From an uncultured Aeriscardovia sp. (GTDB taxonomy: Bacteria; Actinomycetota; Actinomycetes; Actinomycetales; Bifidobacteriaceae): a stretch of 64,000 nucleotides of DNA. Location of the stretch: assembly GCA_903789535.1 (NCBI GenBank), contig CAIFES010000004.1:6255-70254 (forward strand). The letters run 5' to 3'. A program made the translations under genes and the position numbers. This document shows positions 9,555 to 17,878 of the stretch, piece by piece; the stretch's first letter is position 1, and each line of letters opens with the position of its first letter. The notes under the pieces are model-generated. The model was not told the origin of the DNA and searched no databases. It worked only from the letters and a program-made list of their open reading frames with translations.

Positions 9555-10679
9555 ATGCCCCAAGAACAGACTATCGGCCGCGGCAAGACCGGCCGTCTTG
9601 CTTACTCTCTTGACGATATTGCCATCATCCCCACGCGCCGCTCGCGTGATCCGCGTGACGTGTCCCTGTCCTGGCAGCTTGACGCCTATTATCTCGATAT
9701 TCCGTGCCTCGGTGCACCGATGGACTCCATCATGAGCCCAGCCACGGTGGTCGAGCTCGACCGGCTCGGCGGGCTCGGAGTGCTGGATCTCGAGGGCCTG
9801 TGGACACGCTATGACGATCCGGAACCGTATCTGCGCCAGATCGCCGAGGCGCCGCAGACGGAGTCGACACGGTTGATGCAGAAGATCTATCAGGCTCCTG
9901 TGCGCGAGGATCTGATCGGCAGGAGGATCGGGCAGATCAAAGAGGCCGGCGTGCCGGCGGCCGTCTCCCTCTCCCCCGGCCGAACAAAGAAGTATTACAA
10001 GCCGGCCCTCGAGGCCGGGGCGGACATCATCGTCATCCGCGGCACGACCGTGTCCGCCGAGCACGTCTCCACCAACGAGGAGCCGCTCAACCTGCGCAAC
10101 TTCATCTACCACCTCGACGTGCCGGTGCTGGTGGGCGGGGTGGCCGACTACGCCTCCGCGCTGCATATCATGCGCACCGGCGCCACGGGCGTGCTCGTCG
10201 GGCTGGGCGGCGGCGCAGCCTCCACCTCCCGCCGCACCCTGGGCCTGCGCGCCCCGATGGCCACCGCCATCGCCGACATCGCCGCGGCACGGCGTGACTA
10301 TATGGACGAATCAGGCGGCAGGTATGTGCAGGTGATCGCCGACGGTGAGCTGGGCACCTCCGGTTCGATCGTCAAGGCTTTCGCCCTCGGTGCTGACGCG
10401 GTGATGCTCGGTACGGCGCTCGCCCGTGCGAACGAGGCACCGGGGCGCGGCATGCATTGGGGCCAGGAGGCGCATCACCAGCTGCTGCCCCGCGGCCAGC
10501 GCGTCAACATCGGCACGGTCGCCCCGATGGAGCAGATCCTGTTCGGCCCGAGCCACAATGCCGACGGCAAGACCAATATCTTCGGGGCACTGCGTCGCAC
10601 GATGGCCTCGACCGGGTATGTGGATCTCAAGAGCTTCCAGAAATGCCCGGTCATCATCTCCAATTCTGAGGAAAGCTGA
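9555..10679 (+). CDS. guaB3: GuaB3-type IMP dehydrogenase-related protein (no CBS insert)
   Basis: MPQEQTIGRGKTGRLAYSLDDIAIIPTRRSRDP...LDIPCLGAPMDSIMSP...GVLVGLGGGAAS. The start at ATG 9555 is in frame with track ORF 8613..10679 and follows GTAGGGAG. The upstream 314 codons of that ORF are an antisense shadow of the lipoprotein gene. Confidence 0.85.
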   Translation: MPQEQTIGRGKTGRLAYSLDDIAIIPTRRSRDPRDVSLSWQLDAYYLDIPCLGAPMDSIMSPATVVELDRLGGLGVLDLEGLWTRYDDPEPYLRQIAEAPQTESTRLMQKIYQAPVREDLIGRRIGQIKEAGVPAAVSLSPGRTKKYYKPALEAGADIIVIRGTTVSAEHVSTNEEPLNLRNFIYHLDVPVLVGGVADYASALHIMRTGATGVLVGLGGGAASTSRRTLGLRAPMATAIADIAAARRDYMDESGGRYVQVIADGELGTSGSIVKAFALGADAVMLGTALARANEAPGRGMHWGQEAHHQLLPRGQRVNIGTVAPMEQILFGPSHNADGKTNIFGALRRTMASTGYVDLKSFQKCPVIISNSEES

Positions 10680-10731
10680 TCCGCCATCCCAGACTTCCTG
10701 GAAAGCTGATCGGCTGGTGCGATGATGTTAG

Positions 10732-10792
10732 TGTGGATAACTTTTCGCTGTGCTGACGGGGTTTTGCCTTCACGTCCGTCCGGTTATCCACA
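10732..10792. promoter_or_regulatory. Convergent pair of perfect TTATCCACA (DnaA-box consensus) 9-mers within a 10-nt inverted repeat
   Basis: TGTGGATAAC lies at 10732..10741 and GTTATCCACA at 10783..10792, with a 41-nt spacer. The site lies between guaB3 and the Rv3235-like gene. Confidence 0.35.
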
Positions 10793-10940
10793 TTCTTCGG
10801 CCAGAGGCACCACGCCGCGTGTCAATGGCTAGGCTTGGTGACCATCGCCCATGAGCGGCATATACAGACACCGGAACAAGCCGGCCGTCCCGATCGCCAT
10901 GACGGCGGTGCAAACGACCGACAACCATGAGGAGGGATCA

Positions 10941-11522
10941 ATGGCACATGTTCTGGCTGCTGCTGCCGCACCGGATGATGATCACGCGGCAGGCGCGCCC
11001 ACTGACGGCTTTGGTGCAAACGGCGCGGATACGGCCGGACCGAGGCCGCGCGTCTACTTTCTCGACCGCAGTGTCACTTACAGCGAGGATTTGCATGTAG
11101 GCGTGTTCCGCTCTGGCAGGCCCATCCCCGTCCACCTCTCTTTTGCCACGGATCTGTCGGCGACGGCACAGGAACGCATCATCATGGCCGTCCGGGCATG
11201 CCGGCTCTGCTACCGCATCTGCGAGGTCGCCCGCGGCAGGATGCCCCGGCAGGTGCTGGACGGCACGCTCGACCCGCAGGACATTCGTCGGCTCGACAAC
11301 TATGCCCGCCTGCTCTGCAACGGACATGTGCTGCTTGCCGGAACGGAGCTGGAGGATCGACTCAGCCCTACCTGGGTGGTACGTCTGAGCGGGATCTTCC
11401 AGGCACGCGGTGTGTGCGTGTTCACTTGCACAGTCCTGATCGGCGGGGTCAAGCACATCGTCGTCTTCACGCTCGGCCACGCCGGCTGCCAGTGGGCCGC
11501 CTCCGAGCTGCTGTTTTCCTGA
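10941..11522 (+). CDS. Rv3235-like (DUF6459-type) actinobacterial conserved protein
   Basis: The segment ICEVARGRMPRQVLDGTLDP...VVRLSGIFQ...VCVFTCTVLIGG..HIVVFTLGH..CQWAASEL fits my memory of the Rv3235 family pattern (Evl.GrRp..QL ... W). ATG 10941 follows GAGGAGGG. The competing minus-strand ORF 10938..11753 is Arg/Gly-rich junk. Confidence 0.5.
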   Translation: MAHVLAAAAAPDDDHAAGAPTDGFGANGADTAGPRPRVYFLDRSVTYSEDLHVGVFRSGRPIPVHLSFATDLSATAQERIIMAVRACRLCYRICEVARGRMPRQVLDGTLDPQDIRRLDNYARLLCNGHVLLAGTELEDRLSPTWVVRLSGIFQARGVCVFTCTVLIGGVKHIVVFTLGHAGCQWAASELLFS

Positions 11523-11691
11523 TGCGCGTTTTCCTGATGCGCCGTCACACGCGGTGACGGCATCCATTGTTGCTCTCTCGACGTTTTCTGCGGGCGTTTC
11601 CCATCGGCCATCCACTTTCTTTCGTCCACCGTACAGCTGTTCCATCTGCCTCCCCCGTCGTATTTGCCGCCGTGTGCCCACCCGGTAAAAT

Positions 11692-13800
11692 ATGGGTATG
11701 CTTCGCGAGTATTCGACTGTCCTGGAAAAGCCCAACTGCTGGGATGATGACACCTTCTACCATCTGCTCGAGCTGCGGGCGAGCGCGCATCCCGACGACA
11801 TCGCCGCCGCGTATCCTGACCCGCACTCGACGGCAAAACGCGAATGGGTCGACGTGCGCGCCGACGAGATGCTGCAGACCGTGCGCCGCGTGGCGAAGGG
11901 GCTTCTCGCCCTCGGTCTGAAGAAAGGCGACAGGGCCATCATCTTCTCGGCGACGAACTACGGCTGGGCGCTCACCGATTTCGCCTGCTCGGCGATCGGC
12001 GTGGTCACCGTGCCGATCTATGAGACGGATTCGGCTGACCAGGCCACTGAGATCGTCAAGGAGACAAGACCGGCTGTCGCTTTCGCCGATACCGTCGAGC
12101 ATTGGCAGATCCTCGACTCCGCGGCAGGCGACGGCGGCTCCCCCGCCCACGTCTACTCGTACCAGCAGGGCGGTCTGCAAGGACTTGTGGAGCTGGGCCG
12201 GTCTGTTGCCGATGACCGTCTGGATGCGGCGATCTCGAAGGTGACGACCGACGATATCGCGACCATCGTCTATACTTCTGGCTCCACCGGCAAGCCCAAG
12301 GGCGTGGAGCTGACCTGCCGCAACTTCATCGTCACCGTGCGCGACGGCTGGCAGGTACTGCCCGACATGCTCTACACACCGCCGAACAGGCTGCTGCTGT
12401 TCCTGCCGCTGGCCCACTGCTTCGCCCGATACATCGAGTATGTGTGCATCGGCGCGCGCGGCACCGTCGCCTACGTGTCTGACGCGCACCACCTGCTCTC
12501 GGACATGCGCACGTTCAAACCGACGTATCTGCTCGGCGTGCCCCGCGTGTTCGAGAAAGTGTTCAATGCGGCCAGCCAGAAGGCCGGCGCCGGCATCAAA
12601 GGCCGGTTCCTGCGCAAGGCGTATGACCATTACGTCGCCTGGTCGAAGGCGGAGCAGGACGGCACGGGCCACACGCTCTCCGAGCGCATGGCGCACGCCA
12701 TGTACGAGCAGACGGTCGGCGACCTGGTGCGCGACGCCCTCGGCGGGCAGATTCGCTGGCTCGCCTGCGGCGGCGCCCCGATGGACGTCGATCTGGCCCA
12801 CTTCTTCAACGGCATCGACGGCCTGACCTTCATCCAGGGCTACGGCATGACGGAGACCGCCGCACCCTGCCTCGTCAACTTCCAGGACCGCAACCGCATC
12901 GGTTCGGTCGGCCTGCCCGGCCCGGGCATCAGTGTGCGCCTGGCCGATGACGATGAGCTGCTCATCAAAGGCCCGTGCGTGTTCAAGGGCTATCTCGACC
13001 GTCCCGAGCAGACGAAGGAGGCGTTCACCTCCGACGGCTGGCTGCACACCGGCGATCTCGCCGCGATCGACGATGACGGCTTCGTCTATATCACCGGCCG
13101 CAAGAAGGATCTCATCATCACCGCCGGCGGCAAGAATGTCTCGCCGGTGCCGATGGAGAAGACGCTCTCGCGCTGCGAGATCATCTCGCACGCCGTGGTG
13201 ATCGGCGACAAGCGCCCGTTCATCTCCGCGCTCATCACACTCGACCCCGGTATGCTGCGGCTGTGGCTCAGGAAGAACCATCTCGATGAGAATCTGTCCG
13301 TGGCGGACGCGGATCACAATCCTGCTGTTCGCGCCTTCGTGCAGACATGGGTCGACCGCGCCAACCGTGGCGTCTCGCGCGCCGAGTCCATCCGCAAGTT
13401 CGTCATCCTGCCCGAGGATTTCTCACAGGAGGATGGCACGATGACCCCGAGCATGAAGGTCGTGCGCCCGGCGGTGATCCGCCGCTACGCCGATGTGATC
13501 GACCACCAGATCTACACCCCGCTGCCGGGCACGCAGCCTGGTCCGAGCGATGCGGCCATCCTGCTCGACAAGGCGGGCGCGATCTATCGTGCCGCGGGAG
13601 AAGGCGTGCGTCGAACGGCAGAATCCTCGAAGGAGCGCCTCGCCTCGCTCACCCATCACGGCGAGGCGGAACAAGCCGAGGAGGATGACGCGACCGCGGA
13701 TGAGGATGCCACGGACACGACGAACGTTGCAACAACGGACGAACCGCACTCGCATGATTCGTCCGACTCGCCTGACAGACCTGCCGACGCACATGACTGA
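11692..13800 (+). CDS. fadD: Long-chain fatty-acid--CoA ligase (AMP-binding family) with an acidic C-terminal tail
   Basis: YTSGSTGKPKGVELT, GYGMTET and TGDLAAIDDDGFVYITGRKKDLIITAGGKNVSP motifs. There is an extra Asp/Glu/Thr-rich tail of about 90 aa. Confidence 0.9.
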   Translation: MGMLREYSTVLEKPNCWDDDTFYHLLELRASAHPDDIAAAYPDPHSTAKREWVDVRADEMLQTVRRVAKGLLALGLKKGDRAIIFSATNYGWALTDFACSAIGVVTVPIYETDSADQATEIVKETRPAVAFADTVEHWQILDSAAGDGGSPAHVYSYQQGGLQGLVELGRSVADDRLDAAISKVTTDDIATIVYTSGSTGKPKGVELTCRNFIVTVRDGWQVLPDMLYTPPNRLLLFLPLAHCFARYIEYVCIGARGTVAYVSDAHHLLSDMRTFKPTYLLGVPRVFEKVFNAASQKAGAGIKGRFLRKAYDHYVAWSKAEQDGTGHTLSERMAHAMYEQTVGDLVRDALGGQIRWLACGGAPMDVDLAHFFNGIDGLTFIQGYGMTETAAPCLVNFQDRNRIGSVGLPGPGISVRLADDDELLIKGPCVFKGYLDRPEQTKEAFTSDGWLHTGDLAAIDDDGFVYITGRKKDLIITAGGKNVSPVPMEKTLSRCEIISHAVVIGDKRPFISALITLDPGMLRLWLRKNHLDENLSVADADHNPAVRAFVQTWVDRANRGVSRAESIRKFVILPEDFSQEDGTMTPSMKVVRPAVIRRYADVIDHQIYTPLPGTQPGPSDAAILLDKAGAIYRAAGEGVRRTAESSKERLASLTHHGEAEQAEEDDATADEDATDTTNVATTDEPHSHDSSDSPDRPADAHD

Positions 13801-14032
13801 GGAGAATGCGGAGGCGGGCCGGTGCCGCGACGCGGGCAGATGAGGTCTGATGACCATGCTCCTGGCCGTCCGCCGGACCATCACACCGCCGTGCGACGGG
13901 AGGATCCCGGTCCGGCTACGAAATACAGGTGCGAGCGGCGGTAGACTGGACACGGTTTTTCATCAGAAACGTACACCTGCCTGCGGCGCCCACCTGCGGA
14001 TGCCGCAGACACAGCACTAAGGAATCAGCATC

Positions 14033-15850
14033 ATGGTGGGAAAAATCTCGTCGACACCGTTATCCTTCACCCCCGACCCGTCCAAAAGCATCTATTGGCT
14101 GCTCACCCAGCGCGTCGACCGCACGCCGCAGGACAGGCTCATCGAGTATCGCGATGCGGACGGCACGTGGACGGGCCAGAGCGCCACGGAGTTCCTCAAC
14201 CTCGTGCGCTCGCTTGCCAAGGGCCTGATGGCCGAGGGCATCAAGAAGGGCGAGTCCGTCGCCATCCTGTCCAATACCCGCTGGGAGTGGACCGCCCTCG
14301 ACTGCGCCATCATGTCCATCGGCGCGGTGACGGTGCCGATCTACCAGACGAACTCTGCCGCGCAGGTCAAGAAGATCCTTCTCGACTCCGACGTCGTCTC
14401 CATCTTCGTCGAGGACGAGCAGCAGCGCGGCAAGGTGGACGAAGTCTCCTCTTCCACCCCGGAGCTGCGCTCGCTCGCCGTCATCAATGAGGACGTGATC
14501 GGCAAACTCGTGCGCGAGGGCATGGCCATCTCTGACGAGGATCTGGACAAGCGCCTCGACGACGTGCACGGCGACGATCTGGCCACCATCGTCTACACTT
14601 CCGGCTCTACCGGCGAGGCGAAGGGCGTGGAGCTGACACACTTCAACTTTGTGACGATCATCATCTCCGGCGAGAAGACCATGCCCAAGATCGGCATGCG
14701 CGAGGGCGGCGGTACCTACCTGTGCTTCCTGCCGCTGGCGCATGTGTTCGCCCGGTACATGCAGTTCTACGCGATGGCCGGCACTCTCACCCTCGCCCTC
14801 AGCTCGTCGATGAAGACCATCCTCGACGACTTCCAGGCCACGCACCCCACGCTCGTGCTCGGCGTGCCGCGCGTGTTCGAGAAGATCTACAACGCTGCCA
14901 CGCAGAAGGCCGGCACCGGCGTCGCGGGCAAGATGTTCGCCCGCGCGGCGCGTGTTGCCCGCCAGTGGTCGAAGGCGCAGCAGGCCGGCGACATTCCCGC
15001 CCGTCTGCGCATCGTGCATGCCTTCTACGACGGTCTCGTCTATAAGCAGATCCGCGACGTGCTCGGCGGCCACGTGGATTACATCGTCTCGGGCGGCGCG
15101 CCGATTGACGACAAGCTCGCCCACTTCTTCAACGGCTGCGGCCTGCCGCTGCTTGCCGGTTACGGCATGACCGAGACGTGCGCCCCGGCCGCCGTCAACC
15201 CGGTCAGCGGCTACAAGATCGGCTCGGTCGGCACCCCGATGGAAGGTATGAGCTTCGCAGTGGCCGATGACGGCGAGATCCTCATCAAGGGTCCTGCCAT
15301 CATGCGCGGCTACCACAAGGCGCCGCAGACCACCGCCCAGGCCATCGACAAGGACGGCTGGCTGCATTCCGGCGATCTTGGCACGATTGATGATGACGGG
15401 TTCATCTATCTGACCGGCCGCAAGAAGGACATCCTCATCACCGCCGGCGGCAAGAACGTCTCCCCTGCCAAGCTCGAGGCGTCCGTGATGACCGATCCGA
15501 TCGTCTCGCAGTGCCTGGTGGTCGGTGACCGCAAGCCGTTCATCGCCGCCCTCATCACGCTTGACCTGTCGGCGACGAACGCCTGGCTGTCCGCCCACGG
15601 CTACTCGAAGGCGAAGAGTCTCAACGAGGCACGGCACATGCCCTCGGTGATCGCCGAGGTGCAGAAGGCCGTCGATACCGCCAACCAGCTCGTCTCGCGC
15701 GCCGAGTCGATCCGCAAGTTCGAGATCCTCGACATCGACTTCACGCAGAAGAACGGTATGCTCACCCCCTCGCTCAAGGCAAAGCGCGGGGTCATCACCC
15801 GTGAGTTTGCCGACCTGATCGACACGAAGATCTACACGCCGCGCAAGTAA
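14033..15850 (+). CDS. fadD: Long-chain fatty-acid--CoA ligase, tandem paralog
   Basis: YTSGSTGEAKGVELT, GYGMTET and SGDLGTIDDDGFIYLTGRKKDILITAGGKNVSP motifs. AAGGAA lies before ATG 14033. Confidence 0.9.
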   Translation: MVGKISSTPLSFTPDPSKSIYWLLTQRVDRTPQDRLIEYRDADGTWTGQSATEFLNLVRSLAKGLMAEGIKKGESVAILSNTRWEWTALDCAIMSIGAVTVPIYQTNSAAQVKKILLDSDVVSIFVEDEQQRGKVDEVSSSTPELRSLAVINEDVIGKLVREGMAISDEDLDKRLDDVHGDDLATIVYTSGSTGEAKGVELTHFNFVTIIISGEKTMPKIGMREGGGTYLCFLPLAHVFARYMQFYAMAGTLTLALSSSMKTILDDFQATHPTLVLGVPRVFEKIYNAATQKAGTGVAGKMFARAARVARQWSKAQQAGDIPARLRIVHAFYDGLVYKQIRDVLGGHVDYIVSGGAPIDDKLAHFFNGCGLPLLAGYGMTETCAPAAVNPVSGYKIGSVGTPMEGMSFAVADDGEILIKGPAIMRGYHKAPQTTAQAIDKDGWLHSGDLGTIDDDGFIYLTGRKKDILITAGGKNVSPAKLEASVMTDPIVSQCLVVGDRKPFIAALITLDLSATNAWLSAHGYSKAKSLNEARHMPSVIAEVQKAVDTANQLVSRAESIRKFEILDIDFTQKNGMLTPSLKAKRGVITREFADLIDTKIYTPRK

Positions 15851-15952
15851 GGCGCAATACGTCGTCTCGCGTGCCGAGCCGATCCGCAAGTTCGAGATCC
15901 TCAATATCGTTTCACGCAGAGCGGCAGAACCCTCACAAGGCGACAAAACCGC
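15851..15952 (+). pseudogene. Relic 3' fragment of a fadD-type gene
   Basis: GTCGTCTCGCGTGCCGAGCCGATCCGCAAGTTCGAGATCCTCAATATCG-TTTCACGCAGA... aligns by eye to 15683..15790 of the upstream gene (CTCGTCTCGCGCGCCGAGTCGATCCGCAAGTTCGAGATCCTCGACATCGACTTCACGCAGAAG...). The alignment has substitutions and frame-breaking indels. Confidence 0.6.
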
Positions 15953-15965
15953 AGAAATGACAAAG

Positions 15966-16006
15966 CGGCCGTGCCCGGAAACAGTGATCCGGGCGCGGCC
16001 GTTTTG
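15966..16006 (+). terminator. Intrinsic terminator of the fadD pair
   Basis: CGGCCGTGCCCGG-aaacagtgat-CCGGGCGCGGCCG forms a 13-bp stem with one G.U pair and is followed by TTTTGT. Confidence 0.7.
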
Positions 16007-16156
16007 TCTGTGCTGTGGACGTCGATGGCACCGAGAGGCACTGGTAATGGTGTCAGTATTCTGCGCTGCCGACGGTCGATGCCGCCGGCATCATAATCAT
16101 CGTCTGTACAACGTTGCCGTGTTGCCTTACATGGCTGCCTGTCTTGCCAAGCTGCC

Positions 16157-16825
16157 TTACTTGCGGTGCGGCAAGACCTCATCGACGATACCGTACTCCT
16201 TGGCCTCCTGGGCGGTGAGGATCTTGTCGATCTCGATGTCCTTGCGGATGGTCTCAGGACTCTGGCCGGTGCAGTCGGCGAGGGTCTGCTCCAGCCAGGT
16301 GCGCAGGCGCAGCAGCTCCTTGGCCTGCACCTCGATCTCCGTTGCCTTGCCAAAGCCCTGCCCCACCGAGGGCTGGTGGATGAGCACGCGGGCGTTCGGC
16401 AGCATAAGGCGCTTGCCCTTGGCGCCGGCGGCGAGGATCACCGAGGCGGCGGAGGCGGCCTGCCCGAGGCAGACGGTCTGCACATCCGGCTTGATGTAGT
16501 TCATCGTGTCGTAAATGGCGGTCATGGCCGTCATCGAGCCGCCCGGCGAGTTGATGTACATCATGATGTCGCGGTTCGGATCCTGGCTCTCCAGCACAAG
16601 CAGCTGGGCCATGATGTCATCGGCGCTCGTGTCGTCCACCTGCACACCCATGAAGATGATGCGGTTCTCGAACAGTCGGGAATACGGGTCAGAGCGCTTG
16701 ACACCGTAGGGGGTGCGCTCGGCGAACTCCGGCAGGACGTAACGCGCCTGCGGGCTGGCGGCAAGACCTCCCGGCCCTGCGAGCCTGTTGGCTCGGGCCA
16801 CAAACTGTGCTTCCTCGGATGCCAT
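16157..16825 (-). CDS. clpP2: ATP-dependent Clp protease proteolytic subunit 2
   Basis: ClpP fold with GQAASAASVIL (Ser) and RVLIHQPS (His). ATG 16825 follows AAGGAG. The track start, GTG 16831, overlaps the clpP1 stop. Confidence 0.9.
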   Translation of the reverse strand: MASEEAQFVARANRLAGPGGLAASPQARYVLPEFAERTPYGVKRSDPYSRLFENRIIFMGVQVDDTSADDIMAQLLVLESQDPNRDIMMYINSPGGSMTAMTAIYDTMNYIKPDVQTVCLGQAASAASVILAAGAKGKRLMLPNARVLIHQPSVGQGFGKATEIEVQAKELLRLRTWLEQTLADCTGQSPETIRKDIEIDKILTAQEAKEYGIVDEVLPHRK

Positions 16826-16827
16826 GC

Positions 16828-17460
16828 TCACTCCTTCGTTTCGGTGCTGCCACCGTCGGCGTTGCCAGGGCGGCGGTTGGTGATCATATGGTCCACGAAA
16901 CCGTAGTCAAGCGCCTGCTGGGCCGTGTACCAGTGGTCATAGGCGTTGTCGCGGTAGATCTCCTCGACCGTGTGGCCGGTCTGCTGGGCGGTGAGCTCGG
17001 ACAGACGCTTCTTCATGTCCATGATGAGCTCGGCGTTGATGCGCACATCGGTCTCGGTTCCGCCGATGCCGCCCGAAGGCTGGTGCATGAGCACGCGGGC
17101 GTTCGAGGTGATGTAGCGCTTGCCCTTCGTGCCCGAGGAGAGCAGGAACTGGCCCATGGAGGCGGCCATGCCCACACCCACGGTGGCCACGTCCGGCTCG
17201 ATGAGCTGCATGGTGTCGTAGATGGCCATACCGGCGGTGATCGAGCCGCCCGGCGAGTTGATATACAGCCAGATGTCCTTGTTCGGGTCCTCGGCGGCGA
17301 GCATCAGCATCTGCGCGCAGATGATGTTCGCATTCTCGTTCTTGACCTCATCGCCGAGCCAGATGATCCTGTCTTTGAGCAGACGGTTGAAGATGGGGTT
17401 GAGACCCATCGGCGCCTGCTCGTCGCCCTCTGCCAGTCGGAAAGCATCGAGTGAGCTCAC
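16828..17460 (-). CDS. clpP1: ATP-dependent Clp protease proteolytic subunit 1
   Basis: [11 protein letters not shown] and [10 protein letters not shown] motifs. GTG start at 17460 after AAAGGAG. The order tig-clpP1-clpP2 is typical of Actinomycetota. Confidence 0.9.
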   Translation of the reverse strand: MSSLDAFRLAEGDEQAPMGLNPIFNRLLKDRIIWLGDEVKNENANIICAQMLMLAAEDPNKDIWLYINSPGGSITAGMAIYDTMQLIEPDVATVGVGMAASMGQFLLSSGTKGKRYITSNARVLMHQPSGGIGGTETDVRINAELIMDMKKRLSELTAQQTGHTVEEIYRDNAYDHWYTAQQALDYGFVDHMITNRRPGNADGGSTETKE

Positions 17461-17525
17461 AGTGACTCCTTTGATCGGATACAGTCAACCACTCTAGCGG
17501 CCGTCGGCGCCCGAACCGACCTGCC

Positions 17526-17560
17526 TACGCCGATCGCGCAACGGTGCGCCGAGCGCGAAG
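17526..17560 (-). promoter_or_regulatory. Two tandem ClgR-like operator boxes (CGC-N5-GCG cores) upstream of clpP1
   Basis: The minus strand reads CTTCGCGCTCGGCGCA and GTTGCGCGATCGGCGTA, 19 nt apart and 66-100 nt upstream of the clpP1 start. A TAGAGT -10-like hexamer lies downstream at about 17495. Confidence 0.4.
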
Positions 17561-17772
17561 AGCGGGAATGCGTCACGATCCTCCTGCCGCGTATCTGTCG
17601 AGTATCGGCAGCGTGATGAAAAGTGATGCCGGCATGAAAAGTGATGGCGACGTGAGGAGAAGAAAACGGCATGTCTGTGCCAGAGACAGAGAGATGCTAG
17701 AACGGATAGATGCCGTGACAGGCAAGAGAGCCCATTGCACAAATACAAGTGCAAATACAAATCTAAATACAA

Positions 17773-17804
17773 ACAGGGCCCACCGATTGCTCGGTGGGCC
17801 CTGT
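17773..17804 (-). terminator. Intrinsic terminator of tig
   Basis: ACAGGGCCCACCG-AGCAA-TCGGTGGGCCCTGT perfect hairpin. On the minus strand it is followed by TTGTATTTAGATTTGTATTT. Confidence 0.7.
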
Positions 17805-17878
17805 ATGCCGTGTATCACGACGTTGATGTCATGACTTCTTTTCAGAAGGCCATGACACTGGTTTCATGCATCAGCCTC

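Noticed and set aside
10938-11753. A 271-aa minus-strand ORF competing with the Rv3235-like gene.
   Set aside because: It is Arg/Gly/Ala-rich and featureless, and it would overlap the fadD start. The plus-strand frame has a strong SD at 10941 and a family-like motif.
11545-15946. Minus-strand ORFs of 590 aa (11545..13317) and 628 aa (14060..15946).
   Set aside because: They lie antisense to the two fadD genes, which carry unambiguous AMP-binding signatures.
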